Positions 1-9,795 of a DNA stretch of 64,000 nucleotides are shown piece by piece (within the stretch, counting starts at the first letter, position 1; every line of letters begins with the position of its first letter). Position numbers and translations under genes: made by a program. The notes beneath the pieces are model-generated. The model had not been told where the DNA came from. It saw only the letters and a list, made by a program, of their open reading frames with translations, and ran no database searches. Origin of the DNA: an uncultured Candidatus Binatia bacterium (lineage in GTDB: Bacteria > Desulfobacterota > Binatia > UBA9968 > JAJDTQ01); contig OZ244070.1 of the NCBI GenBank assembly GCA_965215605.1, forward strand, positions 2,464,001-2,528,000, written 5' to 3'.

Positions 1-1146
1 CGTGAGCGCACCGGTCTTGTCGTAACGCGACAGCGCCGGGATCTGGTAGCACAGCGACTTGCCCGTGCCCGTGGGCAGGATGCCGAGCACGTGCCGGCCC
101 TCCATGGCGGCCTTGACGATGGTGCGTTGCATGGGCTGCCCCTCGTCGTCCACGGGCTCGGGGCGGAAGTCGTCGAAGCCGAACCAGCGTTTGAGCTCCT
201 TGCGCGGGTCGTGGCGCACCCGGCACCAGCCGCAGGCGGAGTCCGCGCAGGCCGTGTCCCGCAGAAGCCGTACCAGCCGCCCCGCCTCCGGGAACTGGTG
301 GCGCACCCAGGGAGGCATGACCGAGTTCCCGCCCGCCACGGACAGCCACGCCAAGGCGTAGGCCAGAGACCAGCGGGAGTCGGCCGTTGCCGCCGGCTTG
401 CGGGCTTGAACGGGTGCGCCGGCATGGTCCGCTACCATGGACTGGGCCGCCGCCGCGGCGTGAACTGCTGTCATGGTATGGGCCGCCACGACTTCGGTCG
501 CCTGGACCGCGCAGCCCGCGCCTTCCAGCTGCCCCCGGATGGCCTCGCGTGCTTCCGCGTCCGACGGACGGGGCGCGCCGCCTCGGATGTCCTCGAACAG
601 AACGTCCAGCGCCCGATCCTGGCCCTCCGCGTCCGGAGTGACGAGCCAGTGCCACGCCGTCAGGAGATCGGCGGCCGCCTCCCGGAGCGCCCGGCGCTGG
701 TCGCCGAGCACCTCCATGGCCAGACGGGCGTCGAGTTCCGGATTGTTCAACTGCCGGCGCCGCAGCCCGCCGTCCTGGTAGTGCTTCACGAGATGGTGAT
801 AGGGGTTGCGCGGGAAGGCGAGGGGGTTGAGGCGCAGGGTGTCGACCGGGGGCAGTCGAAGCAGCTTCAGATCCGGCTTCGCCGCCTTCAGGTGGGGAAG
901 GTCGAAGGCGATCAGGTTGTGTCCGAGAAGGAAGGAGGCGTCGTTGGCGAAATCGTCAAGCTTGTCGAGCGCCGGGTTGAGACGATCGCCGGAGTGGGTC
1001 AGGGATTGGCCGGTGTCCATCCGGACGGCGCCAAGGGCGTGGATGGTCCCGCTCTCTTTGTCGACCTCCAGGTCCAGTGCAAGGCCGCGGGAGAGAAAGG
1101 CCTCGCGTTCGCCGCTTCGCCGGCCAGGGTCACCCGACTCCACCAT
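1..1146 (-). CDS. Large RecQ-family ATP-dependent DNA helicase, 5' part (runs off window start)
   Basis: Not in the ORF track because it has no stop in the window. Manual translation from ATG 1146: MVESGDPGRRSGEREAFLSRGLALDLEVDK...WSLAYALAWLSVAGGNSVMPPWVRHQFPE...HVLGILPTGTGKSLCYQIPALSRYDKTGALT; the last segment is RecQ motif I. Confidence 0.85.
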   Translation of the reverse strand, partial: MVESGDPGRRSGEREAFLSRGLALDLEVDKESGTIHALGAVRMDTGQSLTHSGDRLNPALDKLDDFANDASFLLGHNLIAFDLPHLKAAKPDLKLLRLPPVDTLRLNPLAFPRNPYHHLVKHYQDGGLRRRQLNNPELDARLAMEVLGDQRRALREAAADLLTAWHWLVTPDAEGQDRALDVLFEDIRGGAPRPSDAEAREAIRGQLEGAGCAVQATEVVAAHTMTAVHAAAAAQSMVADHAGAPVQARKPAATADSRWSLAYALAWLSVAGGNSVMPPWVRHQFPEAGRLVRLLRDTACADSACGWCRVRHDPRKELKRWFGFDDFRPEPVDDEGQPMQRTIVKAAMEGRHVLGILPTGTGKSLCYQIPALSRYDKTGALT

Positions 1147-1354
1147 GGCCCCAAAATAAGAGATCGCCCTTCAAGAACAAAGAGTTGGAAACAGGCCTCC
1201 GCCTTCCCGGATCCCGTGACCCTGGAAGGGAGATTTGAACCTGCGGGCAAGGCTTGTCAAACGGTGCATTGGGGGATTCCCTGTATGGAATCAACTACTT
1301 GTCCGCAGCAGGCACGCCCTGGCCGCGCTTGGCTGCGATGAAAAAATTTCGAGA

Positions 1355-1783
1355 TCATCGCGTTCCCGCGTAATCGGCCAGCGTCACTACGGTCTCGCCG
1401 TGCTCGGTCGGCGCCACGGCCGTCACGAATCGACGGTCCGCCGTGACCACCGTCGCGCCGATGCGGTGCGCGAGCGCGAGATACACGCAGTCGTACACCG
1501 GGTGGTCGAGGGCCAGCGCCAGACGCACCGCGTCCGCGGTGACGGTCTCATCGTCGTTCCAGCGCAGCGGCATGTCGCGAAGCAAAGCCATGGCGGCGCC
1601 CGCATCGGCGTGCTCTATCTCGCCTATTCGTGCCTTGCGCCACAGCGTATTGGCAACCTCGGAAGCCATCAGGCGCGGCGCGTGCAACTCATGGCCGCTC
1701 GCCGCCAGTTCCCGCGCGGCGTCGGAATCGGGCTCGTCGACCAGCAACTTGACCGCCACGCTCGCATCGACCACGAAGCGCAT
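1355..1783 (-). CDS. PIN-domain (VapC/FitB-like) toxin
   Basis: MRFVVDASVAVKLLVDEPDS...SEVANTLWRK...HPVYDCVYLALA...VVTADRRF carries the PIN acidic residues; ATG 1783 overlaps the upstream stop (TGATG). Confidence 0.9.
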   Translation of the reverse strand: MRFVVDASVAVKLLVDEPDSDAARELAASGHELHAPRLMASEVANTLWRKARIGEIEHADAGAAMALLRDMPLRWNDDETVTADAVRLALALDHPVYDCVYLALAHRIGATVVTADRRFVTAVAPTEHGETVVTLADYAGTR

Positions 1784-2043
1784 CAGAAGTCGTCGCGGTG
1801 ACCGTGGTCGCGGTCCTCGCGGATCAGCACTTCCGCCGGGGTTTGCTTGCGACCCCTGGTCTTCTCCCGCAGCCGGTCCGACGCCTCCAGGAAGGCCGCG
1901 CGTTTGGCCGCCATGTCGTCGTCGGCGGCGCACTCCAGGACGTGGCGCACCTCGCCCTCCAGGGAGCGGTTGTTCGACGAGGCACGCCGCTTGAGGCGGT
2001 CCACCACGTCATCGTCGAGTTGTCTCACGTTGATCGTCGCCAT
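1783..2043 (-). CDS. Ribbon-helix-helix antitoxin (FitA/Arc-like)
   Basis: MATINVRQLDDDVVDRLKRRASSNNRSLEGEVRHVL RHH signature, C-terminal LIREDRD, translationally coupled to the PIN gene; GGAGA RBS upstream. Confidence 0.88.
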   Translation of the reverse strand: MATINVRQLDDDVVDRLKRRASSNNRSLEGEVRHVLECAADDDMAAKRAAFLEASDRLREKTRGRKQTPAEVLIREDRDHGHRDDF

Positions 2044-2060
2044 CGGCTCGTCTCCAAGAT

Positions 2061-2079
2061 TGCTATCAAATTGGTAGCG
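2061..2079. promoter_or_regulatory. Putative antitoxin autoregulatory operator
   Basis: Imperfect inverted repeat TGCTATCA-aat-TGGTAGCG just upstream of the antitoxin; the left half equals the TGCTATCA half-site known for Neisseria FitAB. Confidence 0.55.
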
Positions 2080-2294
2080 CGCCATCGCGGTTCATGCAAG
2101 CCCCTGCGAGAAGGACATCGGGCGCCATTTGCGGCCACGGGCGGACAGCAGCGGACGCATGTATGTTCGGCACTTGTTCCACCCATCGGAGAAGACGGTG
2201 ATGCGCCGCTGGGTGGCGGAGACGAAGCTCCACCGGGGTCGTCTCAATGGCGGCCGGGCCGTGCAATGGCGCGAACGGAGGAAAGGCGGGTCCC

Positions 2295-4952
2295 TCAGAA
2301 GCTCAACGAAATGTCCCGGTGGTTCGAGAGGCAGGCGGCCACCGGTTTCGCGATGTCGGCAGGCAGCCGTTCGAGTTGCCGGATACCGATGGTTCCGCGC
2401 AGGGCGTCCTCGTAGGCGGCGAGACCGGGCTCCAGTTCCCGGGCGGCCCGGGACCGCCACTCCACCTCGCGATCGAAGAGAGCGATCGCCTCGCTCAGGT
2501 GTTTCGCGGCGCGCTCCCGGCCGGATGCTCCTCGCCTCGCCTCGGAGCGCGCCTTGGAGAGGATGGATCGCAAATCGTGGGTTCCGGGAATGGTCTGGAG
2601 CGCCCGCTCGACGTCACGGATCGCGGCACCCGCCAAATCGGCCGTGTGGGTATGCAGGATTTCGGGCAATGCCCTGACTGGCGCGCCGCTGTCCTCCAAT
2701 GCCGCTGCCTTCGCCAGCATCTCGCGTACGGAACGCGCGGAGGCGTAGGCATCGTCAACATTGCGCCGGTAGGCGCGTCGGGCGCCGGCTTCCCTTTTTT
2801 CCAGGGACAAGTAACGCCGGCGCAACTCCTTCCCGCCTTCGGGGCGTCTTCCCTCCACTCGGATACTCTGTTTCGTCAACTCATCGATCTCCTGGCGCAA
2901 GGCGGCCGCTTCGCCGGCGTTCGCATCCCGTCCCATGCGCCGGAGGGTGTCGCGGAGTTCGCCGAGTTTGCGGTCGATTCGCCGTTGGTCCGCGTTGCCC
3001 CGTCGAATGACGGCATGGACGGACTTGTAGGTCTCTCCGAACGCGTTCCGCTCCGCGCTGGCGCGGCGCACCTCCGAGACCAGGCCGAAGGTCCGTGCGG
3101 CCTTCCCCATGCCGTCCGTCAGGCTTCGTCGCACCATTTCCGGCAGATAGCTCGTGTCGAGAGCCTGCGCCCTCCGAATGCTCGCGCGGATGGCATCGCC
3201 GTGGCGGTCGTATTGTTGGAACAGGTGCTGTTCCAGGCAACGCTGAAGGCGCGGGTTCCGGGGCGGCGGCGCGGTTTCTCCGGTGAGGGACGTGCGCGCC
3301 GGCAGGTAGTTCACCAGCGGAGGATAGAAACCGACGATGGCGAGCGCCGCGAGCTGCAGGGCGATGAACGGGACCACTCCCTTGTAGATGTCCGTGGTCA
3401 ACACCGAGGGTGGGGCGACGCCGCGCAGGTAGAACAGCGCGAAGCCGAACGGCGGCGTCAGGAAGGACGTCTGCATGTTGACGCCGATCATGACCCCGAG
3501 CCACACCGCGGTGATGTTGGCCGAAGGATCCGACAGCAGGATGGGCGCCACGATGGGCACCACCACCACCGCGATCTCGATGAAATCCAGGAAGAAGCCG
3601 AGGATGAAGATCACCGCCATGACCACGATGAACTGGGTCCAGAAACCCCCGGGCAGGGTGGTCAGGAACTCCTTCACCAGCTCCTCGCCGCCGAAGCCCC
3701 GGAAGGCCGCCGTGAGCATCGCCGCGCCCAGCAGGATGATGAAGACCATGGCCGTGGTCTTGGCGGTCTCCACCATGACGCCGGCGAGCATGTTCTCCGT
3801 GCGGTAGGCGCGCCAGCCGCTCCAGGCCACGGACACCAACAGTCCGGCCACCGCGATGGCCGCGGCCGCCACGCCCACGGCCTCGGACACGCTGTGGATG
3901 GTGCGTACGTTCAGGTCCACGGTGGCGAGCAGGATGAAGAGCGCGATCAGGCAAACCCCCGCGATGATCGCCGGCGTGTAGCATCCGCGCTGCCCCTGGG
4001 TCAGCCGGTACCCCGCCATGATGGTGGCGCCGACGGCGCCGATGGCGCCGGCCTGGTTGACCGTGGCGATGCCCGCGATGATGGACCCGAGCACGGCCAG
4101 GATCAGCGCCAGCGGCGGCACCAGGGCCAGCACCACTCGGACGGCGAACTGGCGGTCGAAGCGCCCTTCCAGGGGGATGGCCGGCGCGCTGCCGGGCCGT
4201 ATGAGTGCCACCGCGAGAACGTAGATGACGTACAGGCCCACGAGCACCAAGCCGGGCACGATGGCCCCCAGGAACATGTCGCCCGCGCTGGCCGATGTGA
4301 TGTCGAACTCCGTGGGCATGACGAAGTTGCCCGTGGCGGCCTTATAGTCCACCTGGCGCAACGTGCTCGCCTGGTCGGTTGCATTGGAGAGCTGGTCGGC
4401 CAGGATGATGAGCACGACCGAGGGCGGGATGATCTGCCCCAGGGTGCCGGCCGCGGAGATGGTTCCGGTGGCGAGCGGGCGCGAGTAGCCGTTGCGCAGC
4501 ATGGCCGGCAACGAGATGAGTCCCATGGCCACCACGGTGGCGCCGAGGATGCCGGTGGTGGCGGCGAGCAGCGCCCCCACCAGCACCACCGAGATGCCGA
4601 GCCCGCCCGGGATCGGCCCGAACAGCCGCGCCATGGTCACCAGCAGGTCTTCGGCGATCTTGGACCGCTGCAGCATGATGCCCATGAACACGAACAGCGG
4701 CACGGCGATGATGGTGTCGCGCTCCACCTCCCAGTAGACGCCGCGAAAGTTGGTGACCCCCGCCGTCAGCCACTGGATCGGCCCGTCCTGGGCGAAGAAC
4801 GAGCTGGCGTCGCCGGTAAAGACGTAGCCCGTGAGAGCCGCGAGCCCGATGGTCAGGATGGCCGAGCCGGGCAGCGCGAAGGCCACCGGGAACCCTGACG
4901 CCAGGGCTCCGGCCATGACCAGGACCAACAGCGCGAGGAAGAAATGCTCCAC
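2295..4952 (-). CDS. TRAP transporter large permease (DctM) with long hydrophilic C-terminal extension
   Basis: GFPVAFALPG, AVPLFVFMGIMLQRSKIAEDLL, GTLGQIIPPS, LGFFLDFIEI, MQTSFLTPPFGFALFYLRG motifs; likely GTG start at 4952 just past the dctQ stop. Confidence 0.9.
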   Translation of the reverse strand: MEHFFLALLVLVMAGALASGFPVAFALPGSAILTIGLAALTGYVFTGDASSFFAQDGPIQWLTAGVTNFRGVYWEVERDTIIAVPLFVFMGIMLQRSKIAEDLLVTMARLFGPIPGGLGISVVLVGALLAATTGILGATVVAMGLISLPAMLRNGYSRPLATGTISAAGTLGQIIPPSVVLIILADQLSNATDQASTLRQVDYKAATGNFVMPTEFDITSASAGDMFLGAIVPGLVLVGLYVIYVLAVALIRPGSAPAIPLEGRFDRQFAVRVVLALVPPLALILAVLGSIIAGIATVNQAGAIGAVGATIMAGYRLTQGQRGCYTPAIIAGVCLIALFILLATVDLNVRTIHSVSEAVGVAAAAIAVAGLLVSVAWSGWRAYRTENMLAGVMVETAKTTAMVFIILLGAAMLTAAFRGFGGEELVKEFLTTLPGGFWTQFIVVMAVIFILGFFLDFIEIAVVVVPIVAPILLSDPSANITAVWLGVMIGVNMQTSFLTPPFGFALFYLRGVAPPSVLTTDIYKGVVPFIALQLAALAIVGFYPPLVNYLPARTSLTGETAPPPRNPRLQRCLEQHLFQQYDRHGDAIRASIRRAQALDTSYLPEMVRRSLTDGMGKAARTFGLVSEVRRASAERNAFGETYKSVHAVIRRGNADQRRIDRKLGELRDTLRRMGRDANAGEAAALRQEIDELTKQSIRVEGRRPEGGKELRRRYLSLEKREAGARRAYRRNVDDAYASARSVREMLAKAAALEDSGAPVRALPEILHTHTADLAGAAIRDVERALQTIPGTHDLRSILSKARSEARRGASGRERAAKHLSEAIALFDREVEWRSRAARELEPGLAAYEDALRGTIGIRQLERLPADIAKPVAACLSNHRDISLSF

Positions 4953-4954
4953 GG

Positions 4955-5962
4955 TCAGGACGGCTCGGGTGTGGGATGGTGCGGGTCTTCGCCCCGGAGG
5001 ACCGCCATGGCGTTCAGGAAGTATGCCAGGAACTGCGTCATCATGGAGACGGCGTACACGGCGAGGAATCCCGCCATCAGGTACTTGACGTAGAGGCCGA
5101 AGCCGCTCTGCGAGGTCTCGAAGTAAAGCAAGGGGGTGTTGATGACCGAGGCCTTGCTCGACATGCCAACGCCGAGAATGGTCCAGCACAGGGGCACGCC
5201 CAGCAGCAGCGAACCCCACGCGTTGACCAGCGCCTTGCGCCTCTCGTTGAAATGGGTGAACAGCACGTCCACGCGCACGTGGCCCTCCGCCACCAGGGTG
5301 TGTGCGCTGGCGAACAGGAACAGGGCGGCATACCAGAAACGGACCAGGTCGCCCATGAAGGCCTGTTCATAGGAGAAGATGAAGCGCGCGATGACGATCT
5401 GGAACTCGGCGACCACCACCAGCAGCGAGAGCCAGATGAAGTCGAGCCCGCGCTTGAAGCACGCCACCACCGCCGCGGCCAGGATCAGCGGCACATGCAC
5501 GTAGGTGCCGCGGAAGCTCGAGATGCCCAGCCGCTGAGCCAGCGCCTCGCCAAACACCGAAGCCAGCAGCCCTTCCACGCGCAGGAACGAGATGGCGCCG
5601 TCGACGACGCCGATGAAGAACGTCGACCAGAAGGCCGCGGCGATGACGTAGGCGGTGACGGAACTGAGCAGCGCCGCGTCCGACGCGAACGGCCGCTGCC
5701 GGGTCATGAACGCAATGACGGTGATGACGGCCACCGTCAGGACGTAGCTGGCGAGTTGCAGCCACGCCTGGAGGACCGTTGTCCGGTCGAGTGCGGCCTG
5801 CGCCAGGATGCCCCCGATGCCGGGCCAGCCCTGCCAGAAGATCAGGTAGTTGTTGAGAAGGAAAACGAACGTGATCGCGGCCAGCGACAACGCGAACGCT
5901 CGGTAGAGCGCATTTTTCGTTTCGGGCCATCCGCCGCCCGCGTCCCACCAAGCCTGTGCCAC
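4955..5962 (-). CDS. TRAP transporter small permease (DctQ-like, N-terminally extended)
   Basis: Multiple TM segments with EGHVRVDVLF motif; lies between dctP and dctM. Confidence 0.85.
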   Translation of the reverse strand: MAQAWWDAGGGWPETKNALYRAFALSLAAITFVFLLNNYLIFWQGWPGIGGILAQAALDRTTVLQAWLQLASYVLTVAVITVIAFMTRQRPFASDAALLSSVTAYVIAAAFWSTFFIGVVDGAISFLRVEGLLASVFGEALAQRLGISSFRGTYVHVPLILAAAVVACFKRGLDFIWLSLLVVVAEFQIVIARFIFSYEQAFMGDLVRFWYAALFLFASAHTLVAEGHVRVDVLFTHFNERRKALVNAWGSLLLGVPLCWTILGVGMSSKASVINTPLLYFETSQSGFGLYVKYLMAGFLAVYAVSMMTQFLAYFLNAMAVLRGEDPHHPTPEPS

Positions 5963-5988
5963 TGTTGTAAAACCTGGTGACCTGTCGC

Positions 5989-6016
5989 ACTACGGGCCGG
6001 GGAGCCGGCCCGTAGT
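5989..6016. other. Perfect 12-bp stem-loop between dctP and dctQ (likely mRNA-stabilising or attenuating hairpin)
   Basis: ACTACGGGCCGG-GGAG-CCGGCCCGTAGT, no U-tract. Confidence 0.6.
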
Positions 6017-6025
6017 CCCGGATGT

Positions 6026-7180
6026 CTAGCCGGAGACGCCCAGCACGCGGTTGCGCTGCTCCACGTAGGCTTGGTCCGAGACGTTCGACCAGCCGCCGAC
6101 CTCCCGGCGCGCCTTGTCGAAGCTGTCGTGGATGCGCTTGGCGAGATCGCTGTGGGTCACCACGCCGTCGAAAACTTCCTTGGCCGCCTTTCCGAACGCG
6201 TCGTAGATCTCGTCGTTGAACTTGCGCACCTCGACGCCCTGATCGCGGGTCAGCCGAGCCAGCGCCGCGCCGTTCTTGGCGTTGTACTCGGCCATCATCA
6301 CGTCGTTCTCCATCGAGGCCGCGGCCTCGATCAGGGCCTGATCCGACTTCGACAACCCCTCCCAGAACTTCTTGTTGAAGCCCGCCGACAACATCGAGCC
6401 GGGCTCGTGCATGCCGGGGTAGTAGTAGTACTTGGCCGCTTCGTAGAACTTCATGACCTCGTCGTTCCACGGCCCCACCCATTCGGTGGCGTCGATGGCG
6501 CCCGAAACCAGGTTCTCGTAGATCTGGCCGCCCGGAAGGGAGACCGGCGAGGCGCCGAGCTTTGCCATGACGTCGCCGCCCAGGCCCGGAATACGCATCT
6601 TGAGGCCCTTGAGGTCGTCGGCGCTGTTGATCTCCTTGCGGAACCAGCCGCCCATCTGGACGCCCGTGTTGCCGCACATGAGGCCCTTGAGCCCGAATTC
6701 GCCGGCCAGTTCGTCCCAGAGTTCCTGCCCTCCGCCGAAACGGATCCAGGCGTTCATTTCGGTGTAGGTGAGGCCGAAAGGCACCGCCGTGAAATAGGCC
6801 CAGCCCGGGTGCTTGCCCTTCCAGTAGTAGTCGGCGGCGTGATAGGCCTGCGCATTGCCCGAAGCCACCTCGTCGAACGAATCGAAAGCGCCGACGCGCT
6901 CGCCGGCGGCGAAGTAGCTCACCTGGATGCGGCCGTCGCTCATGTCCTGCACGCGCTTGGCAAAGCGCTGTGCCCCGGTGCCGAGACCGGGGAAGTCGCG
7001 CGGCCAAGTGGTGACGATGGCGACTTCGAGGCGGTCCTTCACGATGGCAGGGGCTTCAGGCGCCTTGACCACGGGGGCCGGTGCCGGCGCCTCTTGCTGG
7101 CCCGATATGATGGCCGCGGTTGCGCCGGCGCCCACGACGACACCGACGGCTGCTCCGGCAAGAAAGTCACGACGATTCAT
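6026..7180 (-). CDS. TRAP substrate-binding protein (DctP/TakP-like) with Tat signal
   Basis: MNRRDFLAGAAVG twin-arginine leader; GNTGVQMGGWFRKEI, DLKGLKMRIPGLGG, IDATEWVGP, YYYPGMHEPG. Confidence 0.92.
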   Translation of the reverse strand: MNRRDFLAGAAVGVVVGAGATAAIISGQQEAPAPAPVVKAPEAPAIVKDRLEVAIVTTWPRDFPGLGTGAQRFAKRVQDMSDGRIQVSYFAAGERVGAFDSFDEVASGNAQAYHAADYYWKGKHPGWAYFTAVPFGLTYTEMNAWIRFGGGQELWDELAGEFGLKGLMCGNTGVQMGGWFRKEINSADDLKGLKMRIPGLGGDVMAKLGASPVSLPGGQIYENLVSGAIDATEWVGPWNDEVMKFYEAAKYYYYPGMHEPGSMLSAGFNKKFWEGLSKSDQALIEAAASMENDVMMAEYNAKNGAALARLTRDQGVEVRKFNDEIYDAFGKAAKEVFDGVVTHSDLAKRIHDSFDKARREVGGWSNVSDQAYVEQRNRVLGVSG

Positions 7181-7445
7181 GAGATCCCCCTTGTTGATGA
7201 GTCGTTTGTTATCCGCTTGATCAGCGGCTGTGCCGCCCCCCGAAACCGGCAGCGTCCGTCTTGGCGAGCTCCGCGACAAACCGTACATCGCCGCACGTCG
7301 CGGCCCGGTTAACCGATACTACGACAAGCCGGATGCCCGCGCAACGAAAATCTTGTGTAAAGGTCAGCAATAACGAGGCAGTGTAGCCTCTCCGTCAAGG
7401 CGGCGCGGGCCTTGCCGAAAGAGGCGGAGAAGCGCCCCTGCTTCG

Positions 7446-8630
7446 TCAGTTGCGTTCGCGAACGCTCGTCACCAGCATGCCGAACACGGCGAACGCCACC
7501 CCCGAGCCCAGCAGCATGGCCAGCGTCATGTTGTCGAGCCGCGTGATGAGCAGGCCCATGGCTACCGGGGTGGTTTGGGCTGCCACGTAGTGCATGGACA
7601 TGATGAGGCCGCTCGCCTCGCCCACCCGGCCCTTGGCCGCGGAGTCCTGCGCCAGCGCCACCACCAGCGAGGGCACCGGCGACTTGGACAGGCCCAGGAG
7701 ACAGATGCCCGCGGCCAGGGCCAACGGGTGGGTAAGCCAGCCGTACACGGCCAGCACCACCAGAACGCCGGGAAAGGCGCCCATGAGAATGATGCGCTTC
7801 CGTCCCACGCGGTCGGACAGCATCCCCAGCACCAGGGCTCCGAGAATCGGGGTGGCCCCCCAGGCCGCCATGACCAGACCCGCCTGGTCGAGGGTCAGCT
7901 TCACGGCCTCGCGGAGAAACGTCGGAGTCCAGGACGAGGTGATCCAGAACACCGAGCCGCCGAAGAACTGCGCGGCGGCCAGGATGATCATGTTCCGGTT
8001 CATCATCCGCGGCTTTCGGGCGCTCGCCGCGCGAGGCGCGGCCTGCGCCCGGGCCGGTTCCCTGATGCGCAGCCACTGGATCAACGCGATGCCGGCGGCG
8101 ATGCACCCCACGGTGGCGGTGGCCCCGCGCCAGCCGACACGCTGGATGATGGCGGCAGCCACGATGGGTCCGCTGACGCTGCCGAGCCCGTAGGTGGCGG
8201 AGAGCAGGCCCATTCCCAGTCCCCGCCGCGACGGCAGGAGGTCCGACACCAGGGACAGGACCGAGGCGGTGATGGCGCCGTATCCCAGACCGGCCAGGGC
8301 CAGCAAGGCGACCGCGGCTCCGTAGCTCCGGACGGTGGATACCAGGCCGAAACCGGCGCCCAGGGCGAGTCCGCCCAGGACCAGCACCCTGCGACGGCCC
8401 AGATTGTCGGAAAGGCGTCCGGCCGACCAGCTCGCGCACGCCGCGACCACGAAGATGGCGGTAAAGAGGGTGCCTGCCCAGACCTCGGAGAGTTCGAGGC
8501 TGGCCCGGATCTCCGGCAGCCCGATTCCCATCACCGCCACCACCATGGCCGGCCCCACCGCGGAGAGGGCCGCGACCAGTACGGACCCCCAGTCGGTCCG
8601 GGTGGACTCGGGAGTCGCGGCAGCCGGCAC
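7446..8630 (-). CDS. MFS transporter
   Basis: About 12 TM segments; motif A GRLSDNLGRRRV and GMLSDRVGRKRI. Confidence 0.88.
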   Translation of the reverse strand: MPAAATPESTRTDWGSVLVAALSAVGPAMVVAVMGIGLPEIRASLELSEVWAGTLFTAIFVVAACASWSAGRLSDNLGRRRVLVLGGLALGAGFGLVSTVRSYGAAVALLALAGLGYGAITASVLSLVSDLLPSRRGLGMGLLSATYGLGSVSGPIVAAAIIQRVGWRGATATVGCIAAGIALIQWLRIREPARAQAAPRAASARKPRMMNRNMIILAAAQFFGGSVFWITSSWTPTFLREAVKLTLDQAGLVMAAWGATPILGALVLGMLSDRVGRKRIILMGAFPGVLVVLAVYGWLTHPLALAAGICLLGLSKSPVPSLVVALAQDSAAKGRVGEASGLIMSMHYVAAQTTPVAMGLLITRLDNMTLAMLLGSGVAFAVFGMLVTSVRERN

Positions 8631-8657
8631 AGGTCAGCGGTCCCGGGATGGAATGGG

Positions 8658-8683
8658 GTACGGCCCCGCGGGCGGGGCCGTAC
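8658..8683. other. GC-rich intergenic hairpin
   Basis: GTACGGCCCCG-cggg-CGGGGCCGTAC between the beta-propeller gene and the MFS gene. Confidence 0.45.
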
Positions 8684-8703
8684 GGTGGGTGTGGACGGTC
8701 AAG

Positions 8704-9681
8704 CTACGCGCCGATGGCGATCTCGTTGATGCACGGCAGCCCGCTGGCTATCGTGCGGCAGCCCGATTCCTCGACGATCATGATCTCGCCTTCGGAGGTG
8801 GCGGCGATGATGCCGGGGCCGTCGGGGTCGGGCACGGTGTCCATGATCCCGCCGTTGAGGTCCTCGGCCAGCGTCTTCCAGTTGGCGCCGCCGCGCTCGC
8901 TCCGCAGAACGGCCGCGCTGGCCCGCACCTTGCGCACCCAGGTGTTGGGCCGTCCCAGCGTGACTCCGAGGTACAAGCTGCCGTCATCGGTCTCGTTGAT
9001 GGTGGTGCCGTAGGTGCGGGTGTCGGACGGCGTGATCTCCTCCCAGTGGGCGGCCCGGTCGCGGCTCCGGAAGACCCCTTCGCCGCAGGCGGCCACCACC
9101 ATCTCGGGTTCATGCTTGCAGTGGTGCAGTTGATGGATGTCGCGGTCCCACAGGCCTTCGTTGGCGGTGTTCCAGTCCTGGCCCTTGTCGTCGCTCACGA
9201 GCAGTCCGCCTACCTCGATGCCGGCGTAGAGCCGCGACGGCGAGGAAGGGTCGTTGGTGAGATAGCGGGTGCGGGGCGCCTGGGCCGGGTTGGGTGGAAA
9301 GACCCCGCAAACGCCGCCCTCGCGCACGCCCGGCAACTCCTGCCAGCCCTTTCCGGGTGCGCCGTGGAAGAGCGCCGCCGGGCGGGTGCCGACGAACAGC
9401 GATCCTGGCAGCGCCCACAGCGAGAAGATGTCGAGGTGCGGCACGTTGGGGGTGGACCGGGTCCAGCTCTCGCCGCCATCATGGGTGTAGAAAAGCCCCG
9501 AGTGCTCGGTACCCCCGTACACGGTCCGCGGGTCCTCCGGATCGACCGCGATGCAACTCAGGTTCCAGAACGTCAGGTCCCGTTCCACCTGGCTCCACGA
9601 ATCGCCGTTCTTCTCGAAGCGGTACCACCCGGAATGGGTCATGACGTGAAGCGCCTTCGTGTGACCGTTCGTATCGCTCAT
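8704..9681 (-). CDS. BNR/Asp-box beta-propeller protein (WD40/YVTN/BNR-like)
   Basis: Repeated Asp boxes THDGGESW, SDDKGQDW, SRDRAAHW, SERGGANW; LYAGIEVGGLLVS. Confidence 0.8.
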   Translation of the reverse strand: MSDTNGHTKALHVMTHSGWYRFEKNGDSWSQVERDLTFWNLSCIAVDPEDPRTVYGGTEHSGLFYTHDGGESWTRSTPNVPHLDIFSLWALPGSLFVGTRPAALFHGAPGKGWQELPGVREGGVCGVFPPNPAQAPRTRYLTNDPSSPSRLYAGIEVGGLLVSDDKGQDWNTANEGLWDRDIHQLHHCKHEPEMVVAACGEGVFRSRDRAAHWEEITPSDTRTYGTTINETDDGSLYLGVTLGRPNTWVRKVRASAAVLRSERGGANWKTLAEDLNGGIMDTVPDPDGPGIIAATSEGEIMIVEESGCRTIASGLPCINEIAIGA

Positions 9682-9795
9682 GGGGGTCTCCTCCCGCGGG
9701 GTTGGCTGAAAGACGTGGGCAGTTGCGTGGGAACGCGAACAGCTTGCCGACCTCTATCAATCTTGCGGTCGGAGTGTCAAGCAGGCCTCGGGCCG

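Noticed and set aside
91-1341. 416-aa plus-strand ORF
   Set aside because: Antisense shadow of the RecQ-family gene; no recognisable motifs.
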